In this document: one piece after another, positions 9,600-18,228 of the stretch
Numbering within the stretch: the stretch's first letter is position 1
Layout of the letters: the number at the start of each line of letters is the position of its first letter
NCBI GenBank assembly: GCA_024278215.1
Contig: JAJRTR010000182.1
Coordinates: forward strand, 62,001 to 100,845
From: a bacterium
GTDB lineage: Bacteria; UBP15; UBA6099; JAJRTR01
Direction: 5' to 3'
Length of the DNA stretch: 38,845 nt
Position numbers and translations under genes: made by a program
The notes under the pieces: generated by a model
What the model was told of the DNA's origin: nothing
The model's input: the letters and a program-made list of their open reading frames with translations, nothing else
Database searches by the model: none

Positions 9600-10592
9600 C
9601 TACAAATCATAGATGCCGCCGGCTTCGATCACTTCGACATCGGCGTCGAGTTCTTTGTCGAATCTCGCAAGTGCGCTGTCGCATGTGTCATGCGCCGACA
9701 GAAGCACACGTTTGGGCGCGGCTGCATTTATTGCCTCGATTGCGGCTCCCTGATCGTTCTCTGTTATACGTTCCCACGGCGGTTTCCCTGTTCCGAACAG
9801 CATCTGGAGCTGGATGCCGCCCTTGTTGCCTCTGCCGGTCGTAACCGGGAAATGCAATCCGCCACCTATAGCATATATCGGATCGTCTGTAAGTTTTTTC
9901 ACCATGTCGAGAATCACCTGTATCGTAGGGTGTACGCAACCTGTGAAAAGGACAATGCCTTTATCCTTTATCTTTGCGATTATCGACTGTTCTTCGCATA
10001 GTCCCAGCAAGAAAAGACTTCTGCACAGCGGTCCGGTCGAATATATGCCGCCTGCAAGATGTGTCGGTTTCGCAACTATCCGCTCGTCAAATCCCGGCGC
10101 TTTTGCGTCTTCCGGCAGGTAGCAAGGTTTCCCGTTTCCCTTGCTCAGGCTCGCTGGAATGCTCATTGTTTTTGACCGGCTCGCCTTCATGCCGCCGAAA
10201 TGATCGAGGTGAAGGTGCGAGATCGCCACTGCATCCACATCGTCGAGGCTGAAACCGAGTTTCTTCGCATTTTTTGCCAGTGTTTCCTGTTCTTCGCCGA
10301 AGCCGATATCAAAGAGCAGTGAACCACGGTCGGTGTTGAAAACATAAGATACACCCGCGCTCCTCTCGAATCCCGGGCGTGTCTTCCACTCGACGAGCGA
10401 CTTCAATTCAAATCTATCGAGTTCAGGCAGTTCGAGCTTCCGCGCTTCGGCTATCCTCTTTTTGTTAGTGCGTTCTACTTCGTTGCGTGTCTTCTCGAAT
10501 TTAATGTTTCTCAGTCCGAGCACCGGCACAAGTACGGGTGATGCCGCTGCGATCAGCGGCCAGAACTTCACTGGTATTCTTGTATTTTCCAT
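9600..10592 (-). CDS. metallo-beta-lactamase fold hydrolase
   Basis: LLFDIG, ISHLHLDHFGG (HxHxDH), TGCVHP, GGGLHF, SAHD; start placed at ATG 10592 behind AGAGGGG. Confidence 0.9.
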   Translation of the reverse strand: MENTRIPVKFWPLIAAASPVLVPVLGLRNIKFEKTRNEVERTNKKRIAEARKLELPELDRFELKSLVEWKTRPGFERSAGVSYVFNTDRGSLLFDIGFGEEQETLAKNAKKLGFSLDDVDAVAISHLHLDHFGGMKASRSKTMSIPASLSKGNGKPCYLPEDAKAPGFDERIVAKPTHLAGGIYSTGPLCRSLFLLGLCEEQSIIAKIKDKGIVLFTGCVHPTIQVILDMVKKLTDDPIYAIGGGLHFPVTTGRGNKGGIQLQMLFGTGKPPWERITENDQGAAIEAINAAAPKRVLLSAHDTCDSALARFDKELDADVEVIEAGGIYDL

Positions 10593-10671
10593 TTTAAAAC
10601 GCCCCTCTCCAATTTGTAAGGCCCTGGATTCCTCCAACACCATATCCACAACTAATCACCCTGTCCTTAAC

Positions 10672-10737
10672 GCCAATTGCAAAATCCTGGTTCGAGTGCG
10701 GTCGGCTGCAATTGTCAACAGCTGCGTTGTCGGCACA
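10672..10737 (-). repeat. MITE family A, partial inverted copy
   Basis: Reverse complement of the right third of the element (GCCAATTGCAAAAT...GCTGCGTTGTCGGCACA). Confidence 0.75.
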
Positions 10738-10966
10738 TCAACATACATATCCATTATGGCAAATATTGCAATCATTTTCAAAATACATGGAATTTCAAGG
10801 ATTTTGTATGCCGTTACCGCTTTTCTTCGCGGCATAGCTGACAAATAATTATTTTCATTATCGTTTTACATTAAATCGAAGTTTTGATATTGTTACATTC
10901 TAACTAATACAGGCAGATTCAGATCGCAGAAACGACATCCGCGCGAATGGTAGAGAGACAAGCGAA

Positions 10967-13648
10967 ATGATTGAAATTCGGCTTCATCCTTCAGGCCGGC
11001 TTTTTCCTGAATCCTCGAACAGCAGCGCCGGCGATAATCTCGATTTCAGCAAGTTGAAGGATGTATTTCACTCCGACTGGCGCGAGGGTTTATTCTCGCT
11101 TGCCGCGGATACGGATATTGACACGGCGCACCTGTCGCCGACTGTGCGTTTCTGGCGCGATATTGCGGCCAATTACCTGACGAAATTGTGTCAGATACCC
11201 GGATCGGAGTCAGAAGTCGAGGTCGAGCCGCCTTCGGATTCCGATTTCGCGACATGGGTGCTTACCGCTCCTCCTATGGCAGGCGGCGAGTACCTTTCGG
11301 CGGCCATGATCGAGGGTGTCTGGAGTGCGCTGACACAGTGGGGCACAGAGCGTATTGCGGCAGCGGGCGGTGTGGAATCATTTCTGAAGAAACGCGCGAC
11401 CGGCTGGAATCGGGTCGGACGTGTAACTTTCCATCTTGCCGAGAATAAGAAGGACGAAGCGCGTCCATTCGCGTTTATGGCGAGTTTTACCACCGGCATC
11501 GGCACTGGTGGAAAATTGAAACACCTGCCTTTGCGCAAAGCACTTGAAATGTATGCTGGAACCGGCAACAAACAGGCATTGATAAAACTGTTGTCGCCGG
11601 TACAGAAAGCGGCGGAACGCTGCGAGTGGGTTCAGGAACTTGTGGAAAGCGGCGAGATATATTCGCCGATGGCCTGGACGCCGGAGCGCGCATACCAGAT
11701 GCTGCGCACAGCAACGGCGCTGGAGGAAAGCGGACTGTCTGTGCGACTGCCGGACTGGTGGAAGAAACGGCCCCGACCGCATGTGTCGGTGACTATCGGC
11801 GAAAAGAAACGTTCCTCGCTCGGCGCGTTGGAGACGCTTGATTTCGACATTGCCGTGGCTATGGGCGGCGAGCCTCTGTCGCAGGCCGAACTGAATGAAT
11901 TGTTGTCGGGCGGAGACGGATTGGTACTGTTCAAGGGGAAATGGATCGAAGTGGACAGTGACAGGCTGCAACAGGCGTTAGATCACTGGAAGGACATCGA
12001 GGCGAAGGCCGAAAACGGTGAATTATCGTTCATCGAGGGGATGCGGCTGCTTGCGGGCGCCCCGGTCGACCTCAAGCAGACCGGCGAGGTCGACGAAGAG
12101 CGGTCCTGGGCACATGTTTCCGCCGGCAAAGCTATGCGGGAAATGCTGAGCGGACTGCGCGAACCGTCGCGACTCGAACCGCTCGATACAGGCAATGTAC
12201 TGAACGCCACATTGCGTCCCTATCAGCGCGACGGCGTGTCATGGCTCCATTTTCTCACGGAACTGGGCCTGGGCGCGTGCCTGGCAGACGACATGGGACT
12301 CGGGAAAACTTTGCAGACACTCGCTCTGCTGGCCTGTCGCAGCCGTGGGCGGAAAGACGCACCGTCACTTTTAATCATCCCCGCTTCGCTGCTCGGCAAC
12401 TGGCGAAGCGAATCCGAACTTTTCACACCCACATTGAAATTGCTCATACTGCATCCTTCGGAAACCGACAAAGCTACTATGGCGAGAATCGAACAGTCGC
12501 CTGAAAAACAACTTGCAGGTTATGACCTTGTGATCACAACCTATTCCATGACACATAGAATCGAGTGGCTTGCGGACATACAGTGGCATCTCGTCATACT
12601 GGACGAAGCGCAGGCTATCAAAAACCATACTACACGCCAGAGCAGGGCGGTCAGGAAGTTTAAGGCAAACTCGCGCATCGCCCTGACCGGCACACCGATT
12701 GAAAACCGGATCGGCGACCTGTGGTCGCTCTTCGATTTTCTCAACCCCGGTCTGCTCGGTTCGGCGACGGTGTTCAAGAGATTTGTCAAGAGCCTCGAAG
12801 ACCGACCTCGCGACACTTTCGGCCCGCTACGCAAACTGGTCGGCCCCTACATACTGCGCCGCCTGAAAACCGACCGCAACGTCATCTCCGACCTGCCCGA
12901 CAAAACCGAAACCATACGCTACTGCTCGCTTACAAAGGAACAGGTCAAGTGCTACAAACAAACTGTGGATGCGCTGGCAGACGCACTGAAAACAAAAACC
13001 GGCATGGAACGTCGCGGCCTGGTTCTCCAGACACTTATGCGCCTGAAACAAATATGCAACCATCCCAGCCAGTTCAATGGCGACGCCGAATACGCACCCG
13101 GCAAAAGTGGAAAATTCACGCGCATCGGGAAAATATGCGAAGAACTCGCCGAACGGCAGGAAAAAGCGCTGGTGTTCACGCAGTTCCGTGAGATCATTCC
13201 CGCGCTCGACGAGCATCTCGCACGCGTTTTCGGCAGGCCGGGACTGGTTCTGCACGGCGGCACAAATGTGAAAAAACGTAAAAACCTCGTCGACCGGTTC
13301 CAGCAGGAAGACGGACCGCCTTTCTTTATCCTTTCATTAAAAGCAGGTGGCACCGGACTGAACCTGACTGCCGCTTCGCATGTCATTCACTTCGATCGCT
13401 GGTGGAACCCCGCCGTCGAAAATCAGGCCACGGACCGCACATTCCGCATAGGCCAGAAAAAGAATGTGCTCGTGCATAAATTCGTCACCACCGGCACCAT
13501 CGAAGAACGCATCGACGAAATGATTAACGAAAAACGCGAGCTTGCCGAACAATTGCTTTCCGGCAGCGGCGAGATCAAACTGACCGAACTGGCCGACGAC
13601 GAATTGATGCAGCTTGTCCGTCTGGATGTGTCACGTGCTACACGATAG
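10967..13648 (+). CDS. SNF2-family helicase/ATPase
   Basis: LRPYQ, LADDMGLGKT, LDEAQ, LTGTPIEN, SLKAGGTGLNLT, DRWWNPAVENQATDR..RIGQ. Confidence 0.96.
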   Translation: MIEIRLHPSGRLFPESSNSSAGDNLDFSKLKDVFHSDWREGLFSLAADTDIDTAHLSPTVRFWRDIAANYLTKLCQIPGSESEVEVEPPSDSDFATWVLTAPPMAGGEYLSAAMIEGVWSALTQWGTERIAAAGGVESFLKKRATGWNRVGRVTFHLAENKKDEARPFAFMASFTTGIGTGGKLKHLPLRKALEMYAGTGNKQALIKLLSPVQKAAERCEWVQELVESGEIYSPMAWTPERAYQMLRTATALEESGLSVRLPDWWKKRPRPHVSVTIGEKKRSSLGALETLDFDIAVAMGGEPLSQAELNELLSGGDGLVLFKGKWIEVDSDRLQQALDHWKDIEAKAENGELSFIEGMRLLAGAPVDLKQTGEVDEERSWAHVSAGKAMREMLSGLREPSRLEPLDTGNVLNATLRPYQRDGVSWLHFLTELGLGACLADDMGLGKTLQTLALLACRSRGRKDAPSLLIIPASLLGNWRSESELFTPTLKLLILHPSETDKATMARIEQSPEKQLAGYDLVITTYSMTHRIEWLADIQWHLVILDEAQAIKNHTTRQSRAVRKFKANSRIALTGTPIENRIGDLWSLFDFLNPGLLGSATVFKRFVKSLEDRPRDTFGPLRKLVGPYILRRLKTDRNVISDLPDKTETIRYCSLTKEQVKCYKQTVDALADALKTKTGMERRGLVLQTLMRLKQICNHPSQFNGDAEYAPGKSGKFTRIGKICEELAERQEKALVFTQFREIIPALDEHLARVFGRPGLVLHGGTNVKKRKNLVDRFQQEDGPPFFILSLKAGGTGLNLTAASHVIHFDRWWNPAVENQATDRTFRIGQKKNVLVHKFVTTGTIEERIDEMINEKRELAEQLLSGSGEIKLTELADDELMQLVRLDVSRATR

Positions 13649-13721
13649 AGACAATTGCCGCCGGTCACGGCGGATCAGTGTTTTACAATCGACTCGATAA
13701 TAATAAGAAAGGAACAAAATC

Positions 13722-14897
13722 ATGTCTTGGGGATACAGACCTTATGTTTCAGTCGCGCAACGACGTGCTGATGCGAGGCGGGAAATGCAGAAGCTTCGCA
13801 AGCAGGGCAGGAATATCCAGCCAGTGGAGATCGAAGGCCGCACCATAGCAAGAAGTTTCTGGGGCAAGGGGTGGTGCGATCACCTCGAGTCCTTCTCCGA
13901 CTATTCCAACCGGCTTCCGCGAGGCCGCACTTATGTAAGGAACGGCTCGGTCTGCCACCTCGAGATAGCGCCGGGCCGGATCGACGCTATAGTCAGCGGC
14001 TCGGAATTGTACAATGTCACTATCGACATTAATAAACTCAGCAAGTCCAAATGGAAAGCGGTAAAGAAAAAGTGTTCAGGCCGGATCGGTTCCATTCTCG
14101 AACTTCTCCAGGGCAGGCTTTCCGATCAGGTGATGGGCATTGTGTCCGACCGGCGAAAGGGGCTTTTTCCATCGCCGAATGAAATCAAACTGTCGTGTGA
14201 TTGTCCCGACTGGGCGGTTATGTGCAAGCACGTCGCCGCTGTACTGTACGGTGTCGGAGCGCGGCTCGACACATCGCCCGAACTACTGTTCCTGTTGCGG
14301 GATGTAGACGCTCAAGAACTGATTACCGCAGATATTACCATCCCCGCCGCAGGCGCAAACGATGCGGGCGACACGATAAGCGACGATGAACTGGGCGGCA
14401 TTTTCGGTGTCGAGATGGACGATGGCGCGGCAACTCCTGTAAACGTCGGCAAGTCTCCAAAAAGAGTGAAAAAGAAAACTGCATCGCAGCTTAAGAAAAA
14501 GTCGAAAAAGAAAACTGCTGCAAAGTCAAAACCGAAAAAAACGGCACCCCGCAAGAAGTCTGCAACGTCGAAAACAGCGAAAAAACAAAACACGGCGAAG
14601 CAAGGGGAAACGACATCTGTCGCAAAGGCAGGTTCCGCAAAGAAGTCGACACGCCGCAAAGCTGAAGAGGCCAACCTCTATGATCACCAGTCCCCATTTC
14701 TTCCGACCGGCGAAACCGTTGCCGAACTGCGAAAACTTTCCGGTCTTTCGGGGGCGGCATTCGCGAAACAGCTCGGCGTATCTCCGGCAACTGTATACCG
14801 CTGGGAAAAAACGAAAGGGTTCATTCACCTGCACGACCGCACGATATCGGCGCTGCGCAAAATGGACGATAACCTGAAAAAGCAACTGATATCGTAA
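13722..14897 (+). CDS. SWIM zinc-finger protein with Lys/Ala-rich linker and C-terminal XRE-type HTH
   Basis: CDCPDWAVMCKH SWIM motif; NRLPRGRTY; LRKLSGLSGAAFAKQLGVSPATVYRWE HTH; AAAGGA RBS. Confidence 0.92.
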   Translation: MSWGYRPYVSVAQRRADARREMQKLRKQGRNIQPVEIEGRTIARSFWGKGWCDHLESFSDYSNRLPRGRTYVRNGSVCHLEIAPGRIDAIVSGSELYNVTIDINKLSKSKWKAVKKKCSGRIGSILELLQGRLSDQVMGIVSDRRKGLFPSPNEIKLSCDCPDWAVMCKHVAAVLYGVGARLDTSPELLFLLRDVDAQELITADITIPAAGANDAGDTISDDELGGIFGVEMDDGAATPVNVGKSPKRVKKKTASQLKKKSKKKTAAKSKPKKTAPRKKSATSKTAKKQNTAKQGETTSVAKAGSAKKSTRRKAEEANLYDHQSPFLPTGETVAELRKLSGLSGAAFAKQLGVSPATVYRWEKTKGFIHLHDRTISALRKMDDNLKKQLIS

Positions 14898-15059
14898 GTT
14901 TTTGTAAATGGCAATTGTATTTCCGAGAACACGATACGGAATCGGTGGGCTCTTTACGAATGGAACTACCCACGTACTGAAATCGGATGAATTCATATAA
15001 ATCAAACCGGACGAAAACGCTTAATTGACTTCAACGAATGTAAAGATAAGAATAGATAT

Positions 15060-16475
15060 ATGAAAGTACTTCTTGTGAATCCCGGCTCGAACTCTTCCGT
15101 AACAGCGGGAAGATACAGGCGTTTCCTCGCGCCGATGCCGCCGATCAGCATCGCTTATGTCGCCGCTGCTCTCGAAACAGCGGAGATCGACGTCGAGTTC
15201 TACGACGATTACACATCCGGCGACGGACGCACCGGCCTTATGGACCACATACGCGATTCGGATGCCGGCATCATCGGCCTGTCCTGTGTCACTGTCACTG
15301 CGGGCAGAACTTATGACATCGCCAGAGACATCAGAAAACATTTCCCCGACAAAAAGATCATCATGGGTAACATTCACCCGAGTATTTTTCACAGAGAGAT
15401 ACTCCAGGATAATCTCGCCGACGCTATCGTACTCGGCGAAGGGGAAAAGACCATCGTAGACCTCGTCAGGGCCTTCGACGGCGACAACGCGTTCAGCGAA
15501 GTCAAGGGAATTGCATACAGGGACAACGGTTCCGTGCAGGTGACGGAACCGCAGGAATTCGTAACAGACCTCGACACGCTTCCGTTCCCCGCATGGCATC
15601 TTTTCCCGCTTGAACGGTACCGAATATTCAATTTCGCGAGAGTACGCGAGCCCGGCGCGCTGGTGCTCGGCTCACGCGGTTGTCCATATAATTGCACCTT
15701 TTGCAGCCTCAAGATAATGGGCCGCCGACGCCGCAGGCGGTCTCCCGGCAGCATCGCCGACGAATTCGAGTTTCTTCACGATAAGTTCGGCTATGTCCAG
15801 ATGTCGTTCATCGACCCGATGTTCCCTTTCTCGAAACGCGAAGCTCTCGCATTCAGCGATGAGATTATCAAGCGCGGACTCCAGAAGAAAATGTGCTGGA
15901 TAACAGAAACAAGAGTCGATCACGTCGATGCGGAGATGCTCGAAGCAATGCATAAATCAGGTCTGCGAAGAATCATGTACGGCTTCGAATCCGGCACGCA
16001 GGAAGGCATCGACACCATGGAGAAGAACTTTACTATGGACCAGGCGCGCAGGGCTGTCGAGGCCACGAAGAAAGCCGGTATACAGATTATCGGTTTCTTC
16101 ATACTTGGCGCGCCCGGTGAAACTGTCGAGAGCATGAACCAGACCATAAACTACGCCGCTTCCCTGAATATTGATTTCGCGAAATTTACTGTCTTTTCAC
16201 CATTCCCGGGCACAAAAGTCTACGAAGATATGATGCGCGACAACATCATCGAAAAAACCGACAGGTGGGAGAAGTTCACAAACTACCCATCGAAAAACAT
16301 ACCCGCTATTTTCGTTCCGGAAACAGTGAAAAACGAAGACCTTGTCCGCCTGCAGAAAAAAGCGTTCTTTAAATTTTATCTAAGGCCGAAGATGATCCTG
16401 AAACATCTGTTCAAAATCCGCACACTGAGTCTGCGGGATATTATTGACGGTTTTTTCACACTGCTGAGACAGTGA
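15060..16475 (+). CDS. cobalamin-binding radical SAM protein
   Basis: N-terminal B12-binding-type domain (LLVNP, PPISIAYVAA, GEGE); SRGCPYNCTFC CxxxCxxC; GFESG; PFPGT. Confidence 0.93.
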   Translation: MKVLLVNPGSNSSVTAGRYRRFLAPMPPISIAYVAAALETAEIDVEFYDDYTSGDGRTGLMDHIRDSDAGIIGLSCVTVTAGRTYDIARDIRKHFPDKKIIMGNIHPSIFHREILQDNLADAIVLGEGEKTIVDLVRAFDGDNAFSEVKGIAYRDNGSVQVTEPQEFVTDLDTLPFPAWHLFPLERYRIFNFARVREPGALVLGSRGCPYNCTFCSLKIMGRRRRRRSPGSIADEFEFLHDKFGYVQMSFIDPMFPFSKREALAFSDEIIKRGLQKKMCWITETRVDHVDAEMLEAMHKSGLRRIMYGFESGTQEGIDTMEKNFTMDQARRAVEATKKAGIQIIGFFILGAPGETVESMNQTINYAASLNIDFAKFTVFSPFPGTKVYEDMMRDNIIEKTDRWEKFTNYPSKNIPAIFVPETVKNEDLVRLQKKAFFKFYLRPKMILKHLFKIRTLSLRDIIDGFFTLLRQ

Positions 16476-16517
16476 TCGACACATTTCCGCTACAACCCCA
16501 ATACCGTTTACTTAATA

Positions 16518-16738
16518 GAGCCAATTGCAAAATGGGGGGTATGTACTTGACTCAACTTATCACAACCCATTGTATGTCGGCTATTGTCCGAACCGCAACA
16601 TCTTGAGTCCGGTTGAGTGATGTGCATACCCACCTGCAAAATTATGTTCGTAGCGAGGTCGAACGAAATTGTTCAGAGCAAGGCGGAGGTGCAAAATCCT
16701 CGCAGGCGTACTTGTAGAGTAGTACCGACAACGCAGCT
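16518..16738. mobile_element. MITE family A copy, interrupted in its left TIR and truncated on the right
   Basis: GAGCCAATTGCAAAAT at 16518 resumes at 16635 and then matches the 7600 copy, with an internal deletion; ends at a family B palindrome. Confidence 0.85.
16534..16634. mobile_element. MITE family C, 101 bp, nested in MITE A
   Basis: 23-bp TIR with 4 mismatches (GGGGGGTATGTACTTGACTCAAC / GGTGGGTATGCACATCACTCAAC); 8-bp duplication TGCAAAAT at 16526-16533 and 16635-16642. Confidence 0.85.
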
Positions 16739-16771
16739 AACCCGCATTTCTTTGTGAGAAATCCGGGTTAG
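16737..16771. repeat. palindromic repeat family B
   Basis: CTAACCCGCATTTCTTTGTGAGAAATCCGGGTTAG, near-identical to 9532-9566. Confidence 0.8.
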
Positions 16772-16905
16772 TGCTCCCAATCAATTCGGTTCATGTTCAC
16801 GCCGGACGGCACGAAAAACAAAAAAGCCCGCAAAAGCGGGCCGTTCACGATGCCGGAGACCGGGCTCGAACCGGTACGAGGGATAGCCCTCACGGGATTT
16901 TAAGT
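16768..16905 (-). repeat. distal att direct repeat: 3' half of tRNA-Leu (16851-16905), its terminator (16820-16841) and flank
   Basis: 16807-16905 is identical to 31511-31609 (99 bp); similarity continues to 16768 / 31473; identity ends at the anticodon loop. Confidence 0.95.
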
Positions 16906-16969
16906 TCGACAGTCCATTACAACGCAATCCACAAAAAAGCCCTTGTTTACTATAAAAATCACACATAAC

Positions 16970-16996
16970 GCCCGGAAAACCTCCGGGCTCTTTTTT
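16970..16996 (+). terminator. intrinsic terminator just inside the left end of element 1
   Basis: GCCCGGA-AAACC-TCCGGGC followed by TCTTTTTT. Confidence 0.7.
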
Positions 16997-17034
16997 GTGT
17001 TTTTTCGGATAAAATCGGACCGTTCGGGCTCATT

Positions 17035-17055
17035 TTAGTGCCCCCTGGTGCCCCT
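17035..17055. promoter_or_regulatory. putative integrase arm-type sites (left end)
   Basis: TTAGTGCCCCC-TGGTGCCCCT tandem; same motif pair at 31462-31483. Confidence 0.65.
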
Positions 17056-17209
17056 GCGCCGGGCGGGGCATGAAATTTCGGACCCGGGTACGGGGGTCAA
17101 GCGTTCCGGTCGGCGCAAATTTACGGTCAGGCGCAAAAAGCGGATTTTTGTCTCAACTTTACGATATAATAAACGCAATCGGCAAAGACGCATTTTACCG
17201 GGAGGGCAA

Positions 17210-17802
17210 ATGGCTTTAACGAAATTCATATCATGTCTATCAATCGTTTCAGCGTTTGTTGGGACAATTTTCTTTGTAAAAGGGTTTTTGAAAATCACGC
17301 CGGACGTTATCGCGGCTCAAAGTGGAACGTATTGGGGGTATAATCTTTACATTATGGAGAGTATTTGCTCTCAAAAATCAAACATTGTATGCGAGTTCGT
17401 TTTAGTTCTTATAGCTACGGCTATCCAACTCGCCGGTCTTTTTGTAGACGAAAAAATTGGATTTAATGACTCTAAATTCATATCGCTTGCAATCATAGGA
17501 GGAGCGGCGATACTCCTCTATGTGACCTTTACGTTTATTGATAAACAATATACCGAGTACACTCTCGCGGAGACGAAAAAATCTATATGCGCACAGATTT
17601 CAAAAGATACGTCAAAGACAACAAGATAAATGACTCCGAATTTGCGGGAATCGAAAATGCCGCGAAAAACATGCTTGGATTGACGAGAGACAAGAACGAG
17701 GCCGCGGTCGATTATCTAAAACGTGTTTACAAAGCGGTTGGGGTTGAGTTCCCCAAGTCCATTCAACTCAATTTATCGGTCGATAAAAAAACCGACAATT
17801 AA
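17210..17802 (+). pseudogene. three-TM membrane protein split by a frameshift at an A6 run
   Basis: GGAGGG RBS before ATG 17210; three hydrophobic segments; one extra A at 17576-17581 fuses it to ORF 17587-17802 (ETKKIYMRTDFKRY...). Confidence 0.6.
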
Positions 17803-17823
17803 ACTTTAACGGAGAGAACAGGT

Positions 17824-18228
17824 ATGGGAGAGTATTACGCGATAGTTCACAGGAAACGCATCATGGACGATTTCGGGTTTGTCGCTATCGGCTCGTTCGT
17901 CGTGGACCTCGCGCGTCGGGGCGTTATCTTTGGATACAACGACAAGTACCCGGAGCAACGCGACCACATGGTCGACGTTTTCTCCCGGTTGCGGGAGGAG
18001 CAATGGACTTACGACTGCTGCCTCGATTACTGGAGATTTCAGGGCGGCTACACCGAGTCATATACCGAGCCGCAAATTATCGAGGCGTCCTGCCTTGAGG
18101 AGGCCGCGCGGATTATTACCGAACGGGTGGACGGCGAGTGGCGGTCCTATTGGAACGAAGTGAAAGAAAAAATGAAACGGGACGGCGTTCTCGTTTATGA
18201 CGAGGGACAATTTAATGGCGAAAAGTAA
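17824..18228 (+). CDS. hypothetical protein (134 aa)
   Basis: GGAGAG upstream; overlaps the hsdM start; no recognised motif. Confidence 0.7.
   Translation: MGEYYAIVHRKRIMDDFGFVAIGSFVVDLARRGVIFGYNDKYPEQRDHMVDVFSRLREEQWTYDCCLDYWRFQGGYTESYTEPQIIEASCLEEAARIITERVDGEWRSYWNEVKEKMKRDGVLVYDEGQFNGEK

Noticed and set aside
16851-16905. Second tRNA-Leu gene
   Set aside because: Only the 3' half from the anticodon loop is present; it is the att duplication.
16771-16968. ORFs 16771-16968 and 31430-31702 sharing peptide sequence
   Set aside because: The similarity comes from translating the att/tRNA repeat; not genes.
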